Shown: piece by piece, positions 35,483 through 47,305 of the stretch | Layout: every line of letters begins with the position of its first letter | Position numbering within the stretch: position 1 is the first letter of the stretch | Assembly (NCBI GenBank): GCA_046566765.1 | Contig: JBKHWA010000009.1 | Span: 1 to 48,721 of the forward strand | Reading direction: 5' to 3' | DNA length: 48,721 nt | From: Gammaproteobacteria bacterium | GTDB lineage: Bacteria > Pseudomonadota > Gammaproteobacteria > Pseudomonadales > JADFDG01 | Notes under the pieces: generated by a model | What the model was told of the DNA's origin: nothing | The model's input: the letters and a program-made list of their open reading frames with translations, nothing else | Database searches by the model: none | Program-made: the position numbers and the translations under genes

Positions 35483-36367
35483 ATGGACCTGAGACGCTGC
35501 ATGACGGGAATGCTGTTGCTGCTGGCCGCGTGGCCGGCAGTGGCGGCGGTGCCCGTCGTCCGCATCACCGGGCCGGAGGCCGTGGTGGCCGAGGTTCGCC
35601 TGCAGCTGGTCGAGAGGATTCCCGAGGTCGACGTCCGCGGCGACGACGCGTCCGCCGAATTGCTGGTGGCGATCGGCGCGCGTGCGTTTCGCGATGCAAT
35701 GGAAAGCTCGACGGTACCCGTGGTCGGCATGGCGCTGACGCGCGACAGTTACCGGGCGGCATTGCGCGAGGTCGATGCGCCCGGGCGGGTGCCGCATACG
35801 GCCCTGTACTGGGATCCGGACCCGGTGCGGCAACTGCAACTGGCGAGAACCATCCTGCCGGCGGCGAAGCGCGTCGGTATTTTTGCCGGTGCGCCGGCAG
35901 ACCAGGCCCTGCTGGCGGCGTTGCGCGCGGAGTGTGCCCGCCTCGGGTTCGTGCCGGTGATCGCCCCGCCCCCGGGCGCCGGTCGCGAGGCCTTGCCGCG
36001 CCGGCTCGCCGGCGTGCTGGCCGATTCCGATTTCCTGCTCGGCATCGAGGACGGCGACGTGTTCGTGCCGGCCAACGCCAAGACCATCCTGCTCACCGCC
36101 TACCGGCACGGCCGGCCGGTGATCGGTCCCGGCGGCGCCTGGGTCGACGCCGGCAGCGTTGCGTCGCTTACCGCCGGGCTGCCGGAGGCCATCGACGCGC
36201 TTGCCGACTGGTTGCCGGCACTGCTGGTGACCCGGCCCTTGCCGCCGCCGCGTTACCCACGCCACTACGAGGTGGCTACCAATCCACAGGTCGCCCGCTC
36301 GTTGTCGATACAGTTGCCGCCCCCCGAGCGGCTGCCGGCGCCGCTGCGGCAAGGGGGTACCCGGTGA
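35483..36367 (+). CDS. Periplasmic ABC-substrate-binding-like protein (PA1612-like)
   Basis: Signal peptide (AVAA), DPDPVRQLQL..LP..KRVG, KTILLTAYRH..PVIG..V.AGS, NPQVARSL. Confidence 0.72.
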   Translation: MDLRRCMTGMLLLLAAWPAVAAVPVVRITGPEAVVAEVRLQLVERIPEVDVRGDDASAELLVAIGARAFRDAMESSTVPVVGMALTRDSYRAALREVDAPGRVPHTALYWDPDPVRQLQLARTILPAAKRVGIFAGAPADQALLAALRAECARLGFVPVIAPPPGAGREALPRRLAGVLADSDFLLGIEDGDVFVPANAKTILLTAYRHGRPVIGPGGAWVDAGSVASLTAGLPEAIDALADWLPALLVTRPLPPPRYPRHYEVATNPQVARSLSIQLPPPERLPAPLRQGGTR

Positions 36368-38118
36368 TGAGCCTGCGTGACTGGCCGTTGCGTGCGCGGA
36401 TCCGCCGGCTGGCGGTGGTGCCGGTGCTGGTGGTGGCGACGTTGCTCGGTGGCTATTTCCTCGTCGAGCGTTTCAACGCCTTCAGCAGCGAGCTCGACCT
36501 GCGCGGCGAGATGATGGCGCGGCAACTGGCGCCGGCGGCCGAGTACGGCGTCATCGTCGGCAACCGGGCCGTCCTGCAGGCGCTGATGGCGCCGTTGCTG
36601 GCGGAAAACGACGTGGTGTTCGTCGTGGTGCGCGATGCATCCGGCGGCGTGCTGGCCGAGCAATACAAGGAAGGCGCGCGCGCGCTGGTCGGGAATGCCA
36701 AGCGGGTGCGCATCTATCGCGCCTCGGTGGCGCGCGAGCACGTGTTGAACGATGCATTGTCGGAACTGGTCACGCTGCGGGAGACGACGCCGGCCAGCCT
36801 CGGCGAGGTAGAGGTCGGGATGGTGACCGACCTGATCGCGGCGCGGCAGCGCGAGGTCCTGCTGCGCGCCTTGCTGATTGCCGCCTTCGTGCTGATCGTC
36901 ACCCTGGTGGTTGCCTCGCGCACTGCCGACGCGATGGTCCGCATCGAGGAGGCGCGTGCGTCCGCCGAGAATTCGTCGCGTGCCAAGAGCGAGTTCCTCG
37001 CCATGATGTCGCACGAGTTGCGCACCCCGATGAACGGCGTGCTGGGCATGCTGGAGTTGCTGGGCGACACCGCGCTCGACGGCGACCAGCGCCATTGCCT
37101 CGAAACCGCGCGCCGGTCCAGCGAGCACCTGCTGGTGGTGATCGACGACATCCTCGATTTCTCCCGCATCGAGGGTGGCCGCCTGCCGCTGGAACAAATC
37201 GAGTTCGATCTTGCCGACCTGCTGCACGCCGTGGTCGATGGCTTTGCCCACCAGGCGCAGACGCGCGGTATCACGCTGACGCTGGAGGTCGAAGAGGGCC
37301 TGTCGGGAATATTCGTCACCAGCGATCCGACGCGGTTGCGCCAGGTGCTGGTCAACCTGGTCGGCAACGCGATCAAGTTCACCGAACGCGGCGGCGTGTC
37401 GTTGCACGCCGGCGGCCAGCTCGGCACCGATGGCCGGTTGACGCTGGTGCTGACGGTGGAGGACACCGGCATCGGCATTGCTGCCGACCGCATCGAGCAG
37501 ATGTTCGAGCCGTTCAGCCAGGCTGACAACTCGACGTCGCGTCGTTACGGCGGCACCGGCCTCGGCCTGCCGATCGCCCGCCGGCTCGTGGCCATGCTGG
37601 GCGGTCGCGTGGAGGTGCAGAGCCGGGTCGGCGAGGGCACCCGCTTCCAGCTCCACTTCGTGCTGCCGGCGCGCCGCACCGGCGCGGTGGCGCGCACCGA
37701 GCGGCTGCAGGTGACGACGCCCGGTGCCAGCCTCGCCGGCCGCCGTCTGCTGGTGGTGGAAGACAACCACGTCAGCCAGATGGTGGCCGAGGGCATGCTC
37801 GGCAGCCTCGGCGCCAGCGTCGACGTGGTCGGCGACGGCCATGCCGCGCTGGCGCGGCTCGCCACCGATCGCTATGACCTGGTACTGATGGACGTGCAGA
37901 TGCCCGGCATCGATGGCCTCGAAACCACGCGGCGGCTGCGTGCCCGCTCGCTGGCGGAGGGCGGTCGCACGCCGGTGGTAGCGGTCACCGCCAACGCGTT
38001 GTCCGGCGAACGCGAGCGCTGTCTCGCCGCCGGCATGGATGCCTATATTTCCAAGCCGTTCACCCGCGATCGCCTGCGCGACGTGCTGGTTTCCCTGCTC
38101 GGCATTCAGCCGGGCTGA
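36367..38118 (+). CDS. Hybrid sensor histidine kinase/response regulator (PA1611/GacS-like sensor domain)
   Basis: Two TMs around QLAPAAEYGV; KSEFLAMMSHELRTPMNG; NLVGNAIKFT, DTGIGI, GGTGLGL; receiver LVVEDN..LMDVQMP..SKP. Confidence 0.93.
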   Translation: MSLRDWPLRARIRRLAVVPVLVVATLLGGYFLVERFNAFSSELDLRGEMMARQLAPAAEYGVIVGNRAVLQALMAPLLAENDVVFVVVRDASGGVLAEQYKEGARALVGNAKRVRIYRASVAREHVLNDALSELVTLRETTPASLGEVEVGMVTDLIAARQREVLLRALLIAAFVLIVTLVVASRTADAMVRIEEARASAENSSRAKSEFLAMMSHELRTPMNGVLGMLELLGDTALDGDQRHCLETARRSSEHLLVVIDDILDFSRIEGGRLPLEQIEFDLADLLHAVVDGFAHQAQTRGITLTLEVEEGLSGIFVTSDPTRLRQVLVNLVGNAIKFTERGGVSLHAGGQLGTDGRLTLVLTVEDTGIGIAADRIEQMFEPFSQADNSTSRRYGGTGLGLPIARRLVAMLGGRVEVQSRVGEGTRFQLHFVLPARRTGAVARTERLQVTTPGASLAGRRLLVVEDNHVSQMVAEGMLGSLGASVDVVGDGHAALARLATDRYDLVLMDVQMPGIDGLETTRRLRARSLAEGGRTPVVAVTANALSGERERCLAAGMDAYISKPFTRDRLRDVLVSLLGIQPG

Positions 38119-39380
38119 TTTTTCCCGCCGGCGTCGTCGCCGATTACCGCTTCGACCCGGCAGGCCAGCGAGCCGTTCGCCAGTCGCGCGTTCACCGCGG
38201 CACCCACCGGCACGTCGACCGCGTTTTTCAGCACGGCGCCCTGCGCGTCGCGCACGATCGCGTAACCGCGTGCAAGCGTTGCCAGCGGGCTGACGGTATT
38301 GAGGCGCGCCGCGGCCGACTCCAGTGCCTGTTGCTGTTCTGCCAGGCGTGCGCGCAGCGCGCGGCCGGCGCGCAACTCGAGTTCGTCCAGCGTCTGCCGG
38401 TACTCGCGCAACTTGTGGTCCGGTCGCACCAGCGACTTGCGCGCCAGCGCCAGCCGGCCGGCGGCTTCCCGCAGCACGGTATTCAGCCGGCGCGTCATCG
38501 TCCGCAACGCGTTTTCTGCCTGCGTGTGCAGCGCGGCGCGGTCCGGTGCCACCCGCTCGGCGGCGGCCGACGGCGTCGGCGCCCGCAGGTCGGCGACGAA
38601 ATCGGCGATGCTGAAATCGGTCTCGTGGCCGACCGCGCTGATCACCGGGATCTCGCTGTCGGCGATCGCCCGGGCGACGATTTCCTCGTTGAACGGCCAC
38701 AGGTCTTCCAGCGACCCGCCGCCGCGCCCGACGATCAGCACGTCGCACTCGGCGCGTGCATTGGCCACTTCGATGGCGTCGGCAATCTGCGTGGCGGCCT
38801 CGCGACCCTGCACCAGCGTCGGGTAAACCACCACGTCGATCCACGGTGCGCGCCGGCGCAGGACGGTGAGGATGTCGTGGATCGCCGCGCCGGCCGACGA
38901 CGTCACCACGCCGACGGTGCGCGGGAAGCGGGGAATCTCGCGCTTGCGCTCAGGCGCGAACAGGCCCTCGGCCGCGAGCTTTGCCTTCAGTTGCTCGAAC
39001 GCGCGTTGCAGCGCGCCGATTCCCGCTTCCTCCATGTGCTCGACGATCAACTGGTAGTCACCGCGCGGCAGGTACAGCGTGGCGCGCGCCTGCACCCGCA
39101 CCAGCTGGCCATTGCGCGGCTTGAGCGAAACAAAGCGCGAGCGGTTGCGGAACATCGCTGCCCGCACCTGCGACTCGTTGTCCTTGAGCGTGAAGTAGAG
39201 GTGGCCGGAGGCGGGGGTGGCCAGGTTGGAGATCTCGCCCTCGATCCAGGCCAGCGGCACGCGGCCCTCGATCAGCGCCTGCACCTTGCGGTTGAACTGG
39301 CTGACGGTCAGCACCTCGGGGCCGCGCGGGCCGGTCCCGGGGGTGTCCCGGTCGTCGTCGTCAGGGGTCGCAGGGGGCAT
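38106..39380 (-). CDS. xseA: Exodeoxyribonuclease VII large subunit
   Basis: [68 protein letters not shown]; start uncertain. Confidence 0.96.
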   Translation of the reverse strand: MPPATPDDDDRDTPGTGPRGPEVLTVSQFNRKVQALIEGRVPLAWIEGEISNLATPASGHLYFTLKDNESQVRAAMFRNRSRFVSLKPRNGQLVRVQARATLYLPRGDYQLIVEHMEEAGIGALQRAFEQLKAKLAAEGLFAPERKREIPRFPRTVGVVTSSAGAAIHDILTVLRRRAPWIDVVVYPTLVQGREAATQIADAIEVANARAECDVLIVGRGGGSLEDLWPFNEEIVARAIADSEIPVISAVGHETDFSIADFVADLRAPTPSAAAERVAPDRAALHTQAENALRTMTRRLNTVLREAAGRLALARKSLVRPDHKLREYRQTLDELELRAGRALRARLAEQQQALESAAARLNTVSPLATLARGYAIVRDAQGAVLKNAVDVPVGAAVNARLANGSLACRVEAVIGDDAGGKNQPG

Positions 39381-39412
39381 GTATTTGCCGTTGGGTTCGC
39401 AGGGCGTTCCAG

Positions 39413-39425
39413 TATAATGCGCGGC
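39413..39425 (+). promoter_or_regulatory. Putative guaB -10 (TATAAT) with GC-rich discriminator
   Basis: TATAATGCGCGGC in the xseA-guaB divergent region. Confidence 0.55.
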
Positions 39426-39553
39426 TTCTTTCTCCCGGGCCGCCGGGAGCCTGGGGTCGCCAACGTGCAGTCCTGCACGCGGTGCCCGCGCTTTTCCGGG
39501 TCCGCGAGGCCCTGGCCGGTGGCCACCTTCCGCCACTCACGCGGGGTAGCCCC

Positions 39554-41023
39554 ATGCTGCGCATCGTGCAAGAAGCCCTCACCTTCGACGACGTCCTCCT
39601 GCTGCCCGGCGAGTCCGACATCCTGCCCAAGGACGTCAGCCTGAAGACGCGGCTGACGCGCAACATCCCGCTGAACATCCCGCTGATGTCGGCGGCGATG
39701 GACACCGTTACCGAGGCCCGGCTTGCCATCGCCATCGCCCAGGAGGGCGGCATCGGCATCCTGCACAAGAACATGGAAACCGCCGACCAGGCACGCGAAG
39801 TGCGGGCGGTGAAGAAATACGAGAGCGGCGTCGTCCGCGACCCGATCACCGTCGCGCCGGACATCACCATCGGCGAACTGATCGCGCTCACCCGCTCGCA
39901 CAATATTTCCGGCGTGCCGGTGGTTGCCGGCAACGAACTGGTCGGCATCGTCACCAGCCGCGACCTGCGCTTCGAGAAGAACTACGGCCAGCCGGTGTCG
40001 GCGGTGATGACGCCGAAAGAGCGGCTGGTCACCGTGCAGGAAGGCGCGAGCCAGGATGAAGTGAAGGCGCTGCTGCACCGTCACCGCATCGAGAAGGTGC
40101 TGGTTACCAACAAGGAAGGCCAGCTCAAGGGCCTGGTGACGGTGAAGGACATCGCCAAGGCAGCGGCCTACCCGAACGCCTGCAAGGACCAGCATGGCCA
40201 CCTGCGCGTCGGCGCCGCGGTCGGCACCGGTGCCGGCACCGAGGAGCGGGTGGAAGCGCTGGTCGAGGCCGGCGTCGACGTGCTGGTGGTCGATACCGCG
40301 CACGGCCACTCGAAGGGCGTGATCGAGCGCGTCGCCTGGATCAAGAAAAAATTCCCGAAGATCGACGTGATCGGCGGCAACATCGCCACCGCCGAGGCGG
40401 CCAAGGCGCTGGCCAGTGCCGGTGCCGACGCGGTGAAAGTGGGCATCGGCCCGGGCTCGATCTGCACCACCCGCATCGTCGCCGGTATCGGCGTGCCGCA
40501 GATTTCCGCGGTGGCCAACGTCGCCGCCGCGCTCAAGGACACCGGCGTCTGCGTGATCGCCGACGGCGGCATCCGCTTCTCCGGTGACCTCGCCAAGGCG
40601 ATTGCCGCCGGTGCCAACGTGGTGATGGTCGGCTCGCTGCTGGCCGGCACCGAGGAAGCGCCGGGCGAGGTCGAGCTGTTCCAGGGCCGTTACTACAAGG
40701 CCTATCGCGGCATGGGTTCGCTGGGCGCGATGGCGCAGCGCAGTGGCTCGTCCGACCGTTACTTCCAGGATGCGTCGGCCGGCGTCGAGAAACTGGTGCC
40801 GGAAGGCATCGAGGGACGCGTCGCCTACAAGGGCCCGATGTCCAACATCGTCCACCAGATGATGGGCGGCCTGCGCGCCTCGATGGGCTACACCGGCTGC
40901 GGCACCATCGACGACATGCACACGAAGACGCAGTTCGTGAAGATTACTTCCGCCGGCATCAAGGAATCGCACGTACACGACGTGCAGATCACCAAGGAAG
41001 CCCCGAACTACCCGATTGGCTGA
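39554..41023 (+). CDS. guaB: Inosine-5'-monophosphate dehydrogenase
   Basis: [20 protein letters not shown] pair, [25 protein letters not shown]. Confidence 0.98.
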   Translation: MLRIVQEALTFDDVLLLPGESDILPKDVSLKTRLTRNIPLNIPLMSAAMDTVTEARLAIAIAQEGGIGILHKNMETADQAREVRAVKKYESGVVRDPITVAPDITIGELIALTRSHNISGVPVVAGNELVGIVTSRDLRFEKNYGQPVSAVMTPKERLVTVQEGASQDEVKALLHRHRIEKVLVTNKEGQLKGLVTVKDIAKAAAYPNACKDQHGHLRVGAAVGTGAGTEERVEALVEAGVDVLVVDTAHGHSKGVIERVAWIKKKFPKIDVIGGNIATAEAAKALASAGADAVKVGIGPGSICTTRIVAGIGVPQISAVANVAAALKDTGVCVIADGGIRFSGDLAKAIAAGANVVMVGSLLAGTEEAPGEVELFQGRYYKAYRGMGSLGAMAQRSGSSDRYFQDASAGVEKLVPEGIEGRVAYKGPMSNIVHQMMGGLRASMGYTGCGTIDDMHTKTQFVKITSAGIKESHVHDVQITKEAPNYPIG

Positions 41024-41035
41024 GTTGATTCCCCG

Positions 41036-43094
<2,059 letters not shown>

Positions 43095-43119
43095 CAAGAA
43101 CTCTTGTCGTAACTCACTT

Positions 43120-43176
43120 GTAGTGAGGGGGCCATGCCCCCGATCAGGCTGATCGCCGGCATGGCCGGCTCACCAC
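43120..43176. repeat. Inverted REP doublet (REPIN/BIME-like)
   Basis: GTAGTGAGGGGGCCATGCCCCCGAT, 7-nt spacer, then reverse complement of GTGGTGAGCCGGCCATGCCGGCGAT. Confidence 0.8.
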
Positions 43177-43190
43177 GGAACCGACCCCGT

Positions 43191-44570
43191 TCAGGCGCGC
43201 AGCCGGATGATCGTATCGACCTCGTCGACGTCATTCCTGCCGAGGCTGATGTGAATCCTGCCGTCTTCACGATGCAGCGGGATCGATTTCCCCTGTGGCA
43301 GCAGTTCGGCCTGGCGGAACCTGCCCCATTCGCGCGCGTCCAGCACCAGTGAGAGATCCCGAGGCACGCCGCTGCGGTTGACCAGGTGCAGCAGCACGCT
43401 GTCGTCGAGCGCGCTCGCCACGGTGTCGAAACCATCGCCGGCGATTTTCACGCCGGGAACGCGCATGCCGGTGTAGCGCAGTGGCGTCGCGTCGGTGAAC
43501 AGCGCGCGGCGCGGCTTGTACCAGGCGCCCAGCATGCGCAGTTGCGTGACCTGGTCGGGGAACAGGCTGCCATCCATTTGTGCCGTGGCGCCGATGCCCA
43601 GCTTGCCGCCGCAGGCCAGCACCATCGCCGTCATGCGCAGCAGTTCGAGCGGGTCTTCGCGCAGGCGCTGGTCCTGCCACCAGCGACCGGCCGGCGAGAT
43701 CAGTTCCCACCGATGGTCGAACAGCATGCGACACGAATTCGACCATTTCACCGCGCTGGTGAGTACCGGCACGCGCAGCGCGTCTTCCTTGCGAAGTGTT
43801 ACCCAGGGCCCGTCGTAGCCGTGCGCCTCGCTGGAGGTCACCGGCACCTTGCCGAACGATGACGGAAACAGGTTGGACAGGTTGTAGAACACCGGTGTGT
43901 CCGGATGCTGTTCGCGGAAATGTTCCAGGGTGAACGGCGTCGAGGCATCGGCCCAGTACCAGTCGAACCACATTCCGTCCGGGCGGTAGCGCGACATGAT
44001 CTCGCGGTAATGGCCCAGCAGGTATTGCCGATATCCGGCGTCATTTCCGATCAGTGACGGCGTGGTGTGCGGCTCGGGCTGGATGGCGTCGAACTGCGGG
44101 TTATGGTCGAACACCGCCGAGTAGTAGTAGAGGAAGGGGATGCCGGCAGCGCGGCTGGCATCGGCGAATCGCGCGCAGTAGTCGACCGGTGTTTTCCAGT
44201 CGGTCGAAGCCGTTTCGAACCAGCAGATGCCGTCGTGCCACTTGGCTTCGAAGGAGTGGTAGTCGACGCCGACATCCCGGCTCAGGTCGACCCAGTCGTC
44301 GATGCGGCAGTGCGGGCCGTTGAACGCGAAATGTCCCGATGCATCGCGCAGGCTGGCGTTGAAGGCATCGTAATCGCGATCCCAGCGCCACCCCGGGCGC
44401 GTTTCGATCTGGTACATGATCCCCAGGCCCGGCCGGTTCGCCCAGTTGCGCTGGCTAGCTGGCGCAACGGGGGCAATCGGCGCAGAACGCCGTGCCACCT
44501 GGCGCAGGGCGAGGGCGGTGTAGCGGGCGGCGGAAGCCGCGCCGAGCAGCAGTACCTGGGGCTTGAACAT
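43191..44570 (-). CDS. Divergent GH29 alpha-L-fucosidase-like glycoside hydrolase
   Basis: W..L....GV.Y, EAKWHDGICWF (cf. KHHDGF), LYYYS..D, YRPDGMWFDW (nucleophile Asp), C-terminal beta-domain; GAGGA SD before ATG 44570. Confidence 0.75.
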   Translation of the reverse strand: MFKPQVLLLGAASAARYTALALRQVARRSAPIAPVAPASQRNWANRPGLGIMYQIETRPGWRWDRDYDAFNASLRDASGHFAFNGPHCRIDDWVDLSRDVGVDYHSFEAKWHDGICWFETASTDWKTPVDYCARFADASRAAGIPFLYYYSAVFDHNPQFDAIQPEPHTTPSLIGNDAGYRQYLLGHYREIMSRYRPDGMWFDWYWADASTPFTLEHFREQHPDTPVFYNLSNLFPSSFGKVPVTSSEAHGYDGPWVTLRKEDALRVPVLTSAVKWSNSCRMLFDHRWELISPAGRWWQDQRLREDPLELLRMTAMVLACGGKLGIGATAQMDGSLFPDQVTQLRMLGAWYKPRRALFTDATPLRYTGMRVPGVKIAGDGFDTVASALDDSVLLHLVNRSGVPRDLSLVLDAREWGRFRQAELLPQGKSIPLHREDGRIHISLGRNDVDEVDTIIRLRA

Positions 44571-44611
44571 CGGCGGTTCCTCGATCGGTGCGTGATGGTT
44601 CGTGCAGGGAG

Positions 44612-45778
44612 TCAGTCCTGGTGGATGCGGGCGGTCAGCCGCCGGTGCCAGTCGATGTCGTCCCACACGGCCGGGAAGTGCGGTTGCGAGTAGTTGCTGG
44701 TGCATAGGCTCTGCCAGCCGCGCGCCAGCGCCAGTTCGACGCCGGCCTCGCCGGCTTCCTTGATCCAGTCCCAGGCGCGCCGGTCGCGATCCAGGAAGCC
44801 GCCGCCGTAGAGGGTCGTTGCCCAGCCCTCGGTGGTGACCAGCGGTTTGCCGGCAGCGGCGGCGATGTCCGCCAGCTGATCCAGGTGCGCGGACAGGCGC
44901 GCACGCCATCGCTCTTTCGCCAGCGGCCAGGCGATGGCCGCCAGCCGGGCGTGCAGGGCGGTGCCGCCGGGCACCTGGGCAAGCGACAGGAATCCCGCCG
45001 TGGCCAGGTTGAACGCGAGCGTATCGCTCAGCCATGCATGGGTTTCGATGAAATCCAGTTGCGCCAGTGGCATGGCCGCTTCCTTGCGCGGCAGCCGCAT
45101 GCTGGAAAACGTGAACGGCAGCCCGAATTCCGCGCGCAGCCCGGGAATTGATGCGTCGGCGTAGGCAGCGAGGTTCGCGCGTACCTGCGCTGGCCAGGGC
45201 AGGAAGAAGGGCACCAGGTTCCAGGCTGCGGTGCCAAAGATGCGCCGGTACGCGCCACGCGCCCAGACGGGAAACGGAAATTCGTTGCACAGGTCGACCC
45301 AGGCGATGGCATCGAGCAGCCCTGCGTCCGCGATGCAGCGCAAGGTGTCGCGCCAGACGGTGTAGTAGTCGGCGGGGTTGACGACGGCCTCGCGCAACGC
45401 AAGCGTGTCCGGCCCGAACCAGGAGGAGAGCGCCACGCGGATGCGTCGTTCACGGCAGCGCCCGATGAAATCCAGCAGCGGCGCGCGTACCGCGGTATCC
45501 ACCGGTCGTGGATTGCCCCACTGGCGCACCGCCGGTTCAGGCAGCAGCGTGAACCGGTCCTCGCGCGCGGCATCCTGCGCCAGCCAGGACACGAGGTGCG
45601 GAAACGCATCGATGCGCACCACGTCGTAACCGCGCAGCACCAGGCCGTCGAGGACGGCGTCGACGTCGGCGTATTCGGCGCAGTCGCCGCTGCGGCGCGT
45701 GAGCCAGCTGAAATCCCACATCGCGATGGCCGATCGTCGTGGCGCGGGCGCGGGTGCTGCGTTGCCGGTTGTCACCAT
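44612..45778 (-). CDS. Cellulase-like (clan GH-A-like) hypothetical glycoside hydrolase
   Basis: AMWDFSWL, RGYDVVRIDAFPHL, VALSSWF, DLCNEFP (acid/base), VTTEGW (nucleophile), CTSNY..PHF..W. Confidence 0.68.
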   Translation of the reverse strand: MVTTGNAAPAPAPRRSAIAMWDFSWLTRRSGDCAEYADVDAVLDGLVLRGYDVVRIDAFPHLVSWLAQDAAREDRFTLLPEPAVRQWGNPRPVDTAVRAPLLDFIGRCRERRIRVALSSWFGPDTLALREAVVNPADYYTVWRDTLRCIADAGLLDAIAWVDLCNEFPFPVWARGAYRRIFGTAAWNLVPFFLPWPAQVRANLAAYADASIPGLRAEFGLPFTFSSMRLPRKEAAMPLAQLDFIETHAWLSDTLAFNLATAGFLSLAQVPGGTALHARLAAIAWPLAKERWRARLSAHLDQLADIAAAAGKPLVTTEGWATTLYGGGFLDRDRRAWDWIKEAGEAGVELALARGWQSLCTSNYSQPHFPAVWDDIDWHRRLTARIHQD

Positions 45779-47139
45779 GTGATGGTCACCCGTGCATCAC
45801 CGGCAGCCGACGCCGTGCAGGACACCAGTCGCCGTTCGGCCTGCCACCGGCAGTCGGCGCCCGTGGCGTCGATCTTGGGTGTCATGCCGGGCGGCAGGCG
45901 GATTTCGGTGGCGCCGCGTCCGGGATCGTGTTGCCAGGTGTAGGCGGCGCGGCGCGCTTCGGTGTCGACGACCAGATGCCCGTACGCGCCCGCCGTGCGT
46001 GCGGCGTAGGGGCGCGGCGTGTAGTTGCCGCGCCATTGGCCCTGGTCGTCGACGACCGACAGGTCTTCGTAATTCCAGCCGTCGAGCCGCGCTGGCGTCC
46101 ACTCCGGCGTGTAGGCCCACTGCGTGGCGGAATCGCCGTGCGCGTCGAGATCGTCGTAGATCATGCGGAGGTAGCGGCGCGTGAGCGGCGAGGGTGGCGC
46201 GCCGAACTCGCCGAGCAGCAGTGCGGCATTCCAGCGCTGCGCCACCGCGCGGTTGTTCGCGGCAACCGGCTCGTAGCGACGCCCGAACCACAGGTACGCA
46301 TAGACCGGCGGATCGTAGTAATGCGGCGCGAAGGCCACGTTGCCGAACGGCGGTATCGGCAGCGTGGTCGCCTCGGTGCCCAGGCCGGTGAAGATTTCCG
46401 GGGTGAGGAAGGCGATGGCGGTTGGATCGTGGCGGCGCACCACTTCGATCGCATCCGCATAGAACGCCATCAGCAGCCTGCCGTCGCCCAGTGGTTCATT
46501 GATCGGTTCGTAGCCCACGACGTTAGGTTGGCCGGCGAGCCGCTGCGCAATGCGCTCCAGCATGAGCAGGTAGCGTTCCCGCGCCGGATTGCCCGGCGTG
46601 TAGAAATCGTTGAAAAGCTGTTCGTAGCGCGCGCGGTGCCACATCACCCGCAGGGGCCAGGCGTAGCACTTGAGCCCGTTGTCCGGCTCGTCCTGCGCAA
46701 AGCCGGCAGGGATGGCCCAGCGCGGGAATCCTTCGCCGCAGCCGTCGAGCGTCCAGCGGCTGAACGCATCCTGGTGAATGTCGACGATCACGTAGAGTCC
46801 GGCGGCCGCGGCGCGTTCGGTGACGCCCGCGTAGTGGTCCAGGTAGCTCTCGTCATGGACGCCGGGTTCCGGCTCGAAGGCTTCCCAGTTGAACTGGTGG
46901 CGCACCACGTTGATGCCGGCGGCGGTGAGCCGCGTGAACAGGGCCGGGTCGGTGTTGGGACGGAAGGGCGGGAACTTGTGGTGCTGCGACAGGTTGAAGC
47001 CGCGCAGCACCACCGTGCCGTTGCCGGCATCGACGAAGGCGCCGCCGTCCGAACGCAGTACGCCGGCGTCCGCGACCGTGAAGGCCAGCAGGCAGGCCAG
47101 CATCAGGGTCGGGCGAAGCAGGATGCGCATGCTGGCCAT
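45772..47139 (-). CDS. Secreted GH5 endoglycoceramidase-like glycoside hydrolase
   Basis: Signal peptide (ADA), VVLRGFN, WEAFEPEPG..D..YL, VIVDIHQD, GEGFPRW, YEPINEP, FAPHYY, LGEFG, RPYA.RTAG. Confidence 0.82.
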   Translation of the reverse strand: MASMRILLRPTLMLACLLAFTVADAGVLRSDGGAFVDAGNGTVVLRGFNLSQHHKFPPFRPNTDPALFTRLTAAGINVVRHQFNWEAFEPEPGVHDESYLDHYAGVTERAAAAGLYVIVDIHQDAFSRWTLDGCGEGFPRWAIPAGFAQDEPDNGLKCYAWPLRVMWHRARYEQLFNDFYTPGNPARERYLLMLERIAQRLAGQPNVVGYEPINEPLGDGRLLMAFYADAIEVVRRHDPTAIAFLTPEIFTGLGTEATTLPIPPFGNVAFAPHYYDPPVYAYLWFGRRYEPVAANNRAVAQRWNAALLLGEFGAPPSPLTRRYLRMIYDDLDAHGDSATQWAYTPEWTPARLDGWNYEDLSVVDDQGQWRGNYTPRPYAARTAGAYGHLVVDTEARRAAYTWQHDPGRGATEIRLPPGMTPKIDATGADCRWQAERRLVSCTASAAGDARVTITW

Positions 47140-47194
47140 GGTCTAGCCCGGTGGTTTCGTCGGAGGCACTGTCGCTGCTGGCTTGCCCCGGGAC

Positions 47195-47210
47195 TGTCAA
47201 CCTGTTGACA
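47195..47210. promoter_or_regulatory. Crp/Fnr-family operator TGTCA-N6-TGACA between the GH5 gene and the Crp regulator
   Basis: TGTCAAC-CT-GTTGACA, 7-bp perfect inverted repeat with CRP-type spacing. Confidence 0.68.
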
Positions 47211-47305
47211 ATCTGGCTGCCGCCGGTCGATCCCTGTCAGGGCCAGCACGCCGCGCCAGTCCCCGGCGGGATGGCTCCTTGTCATTCCTGGAAGAGCGTG
47301 AACCC

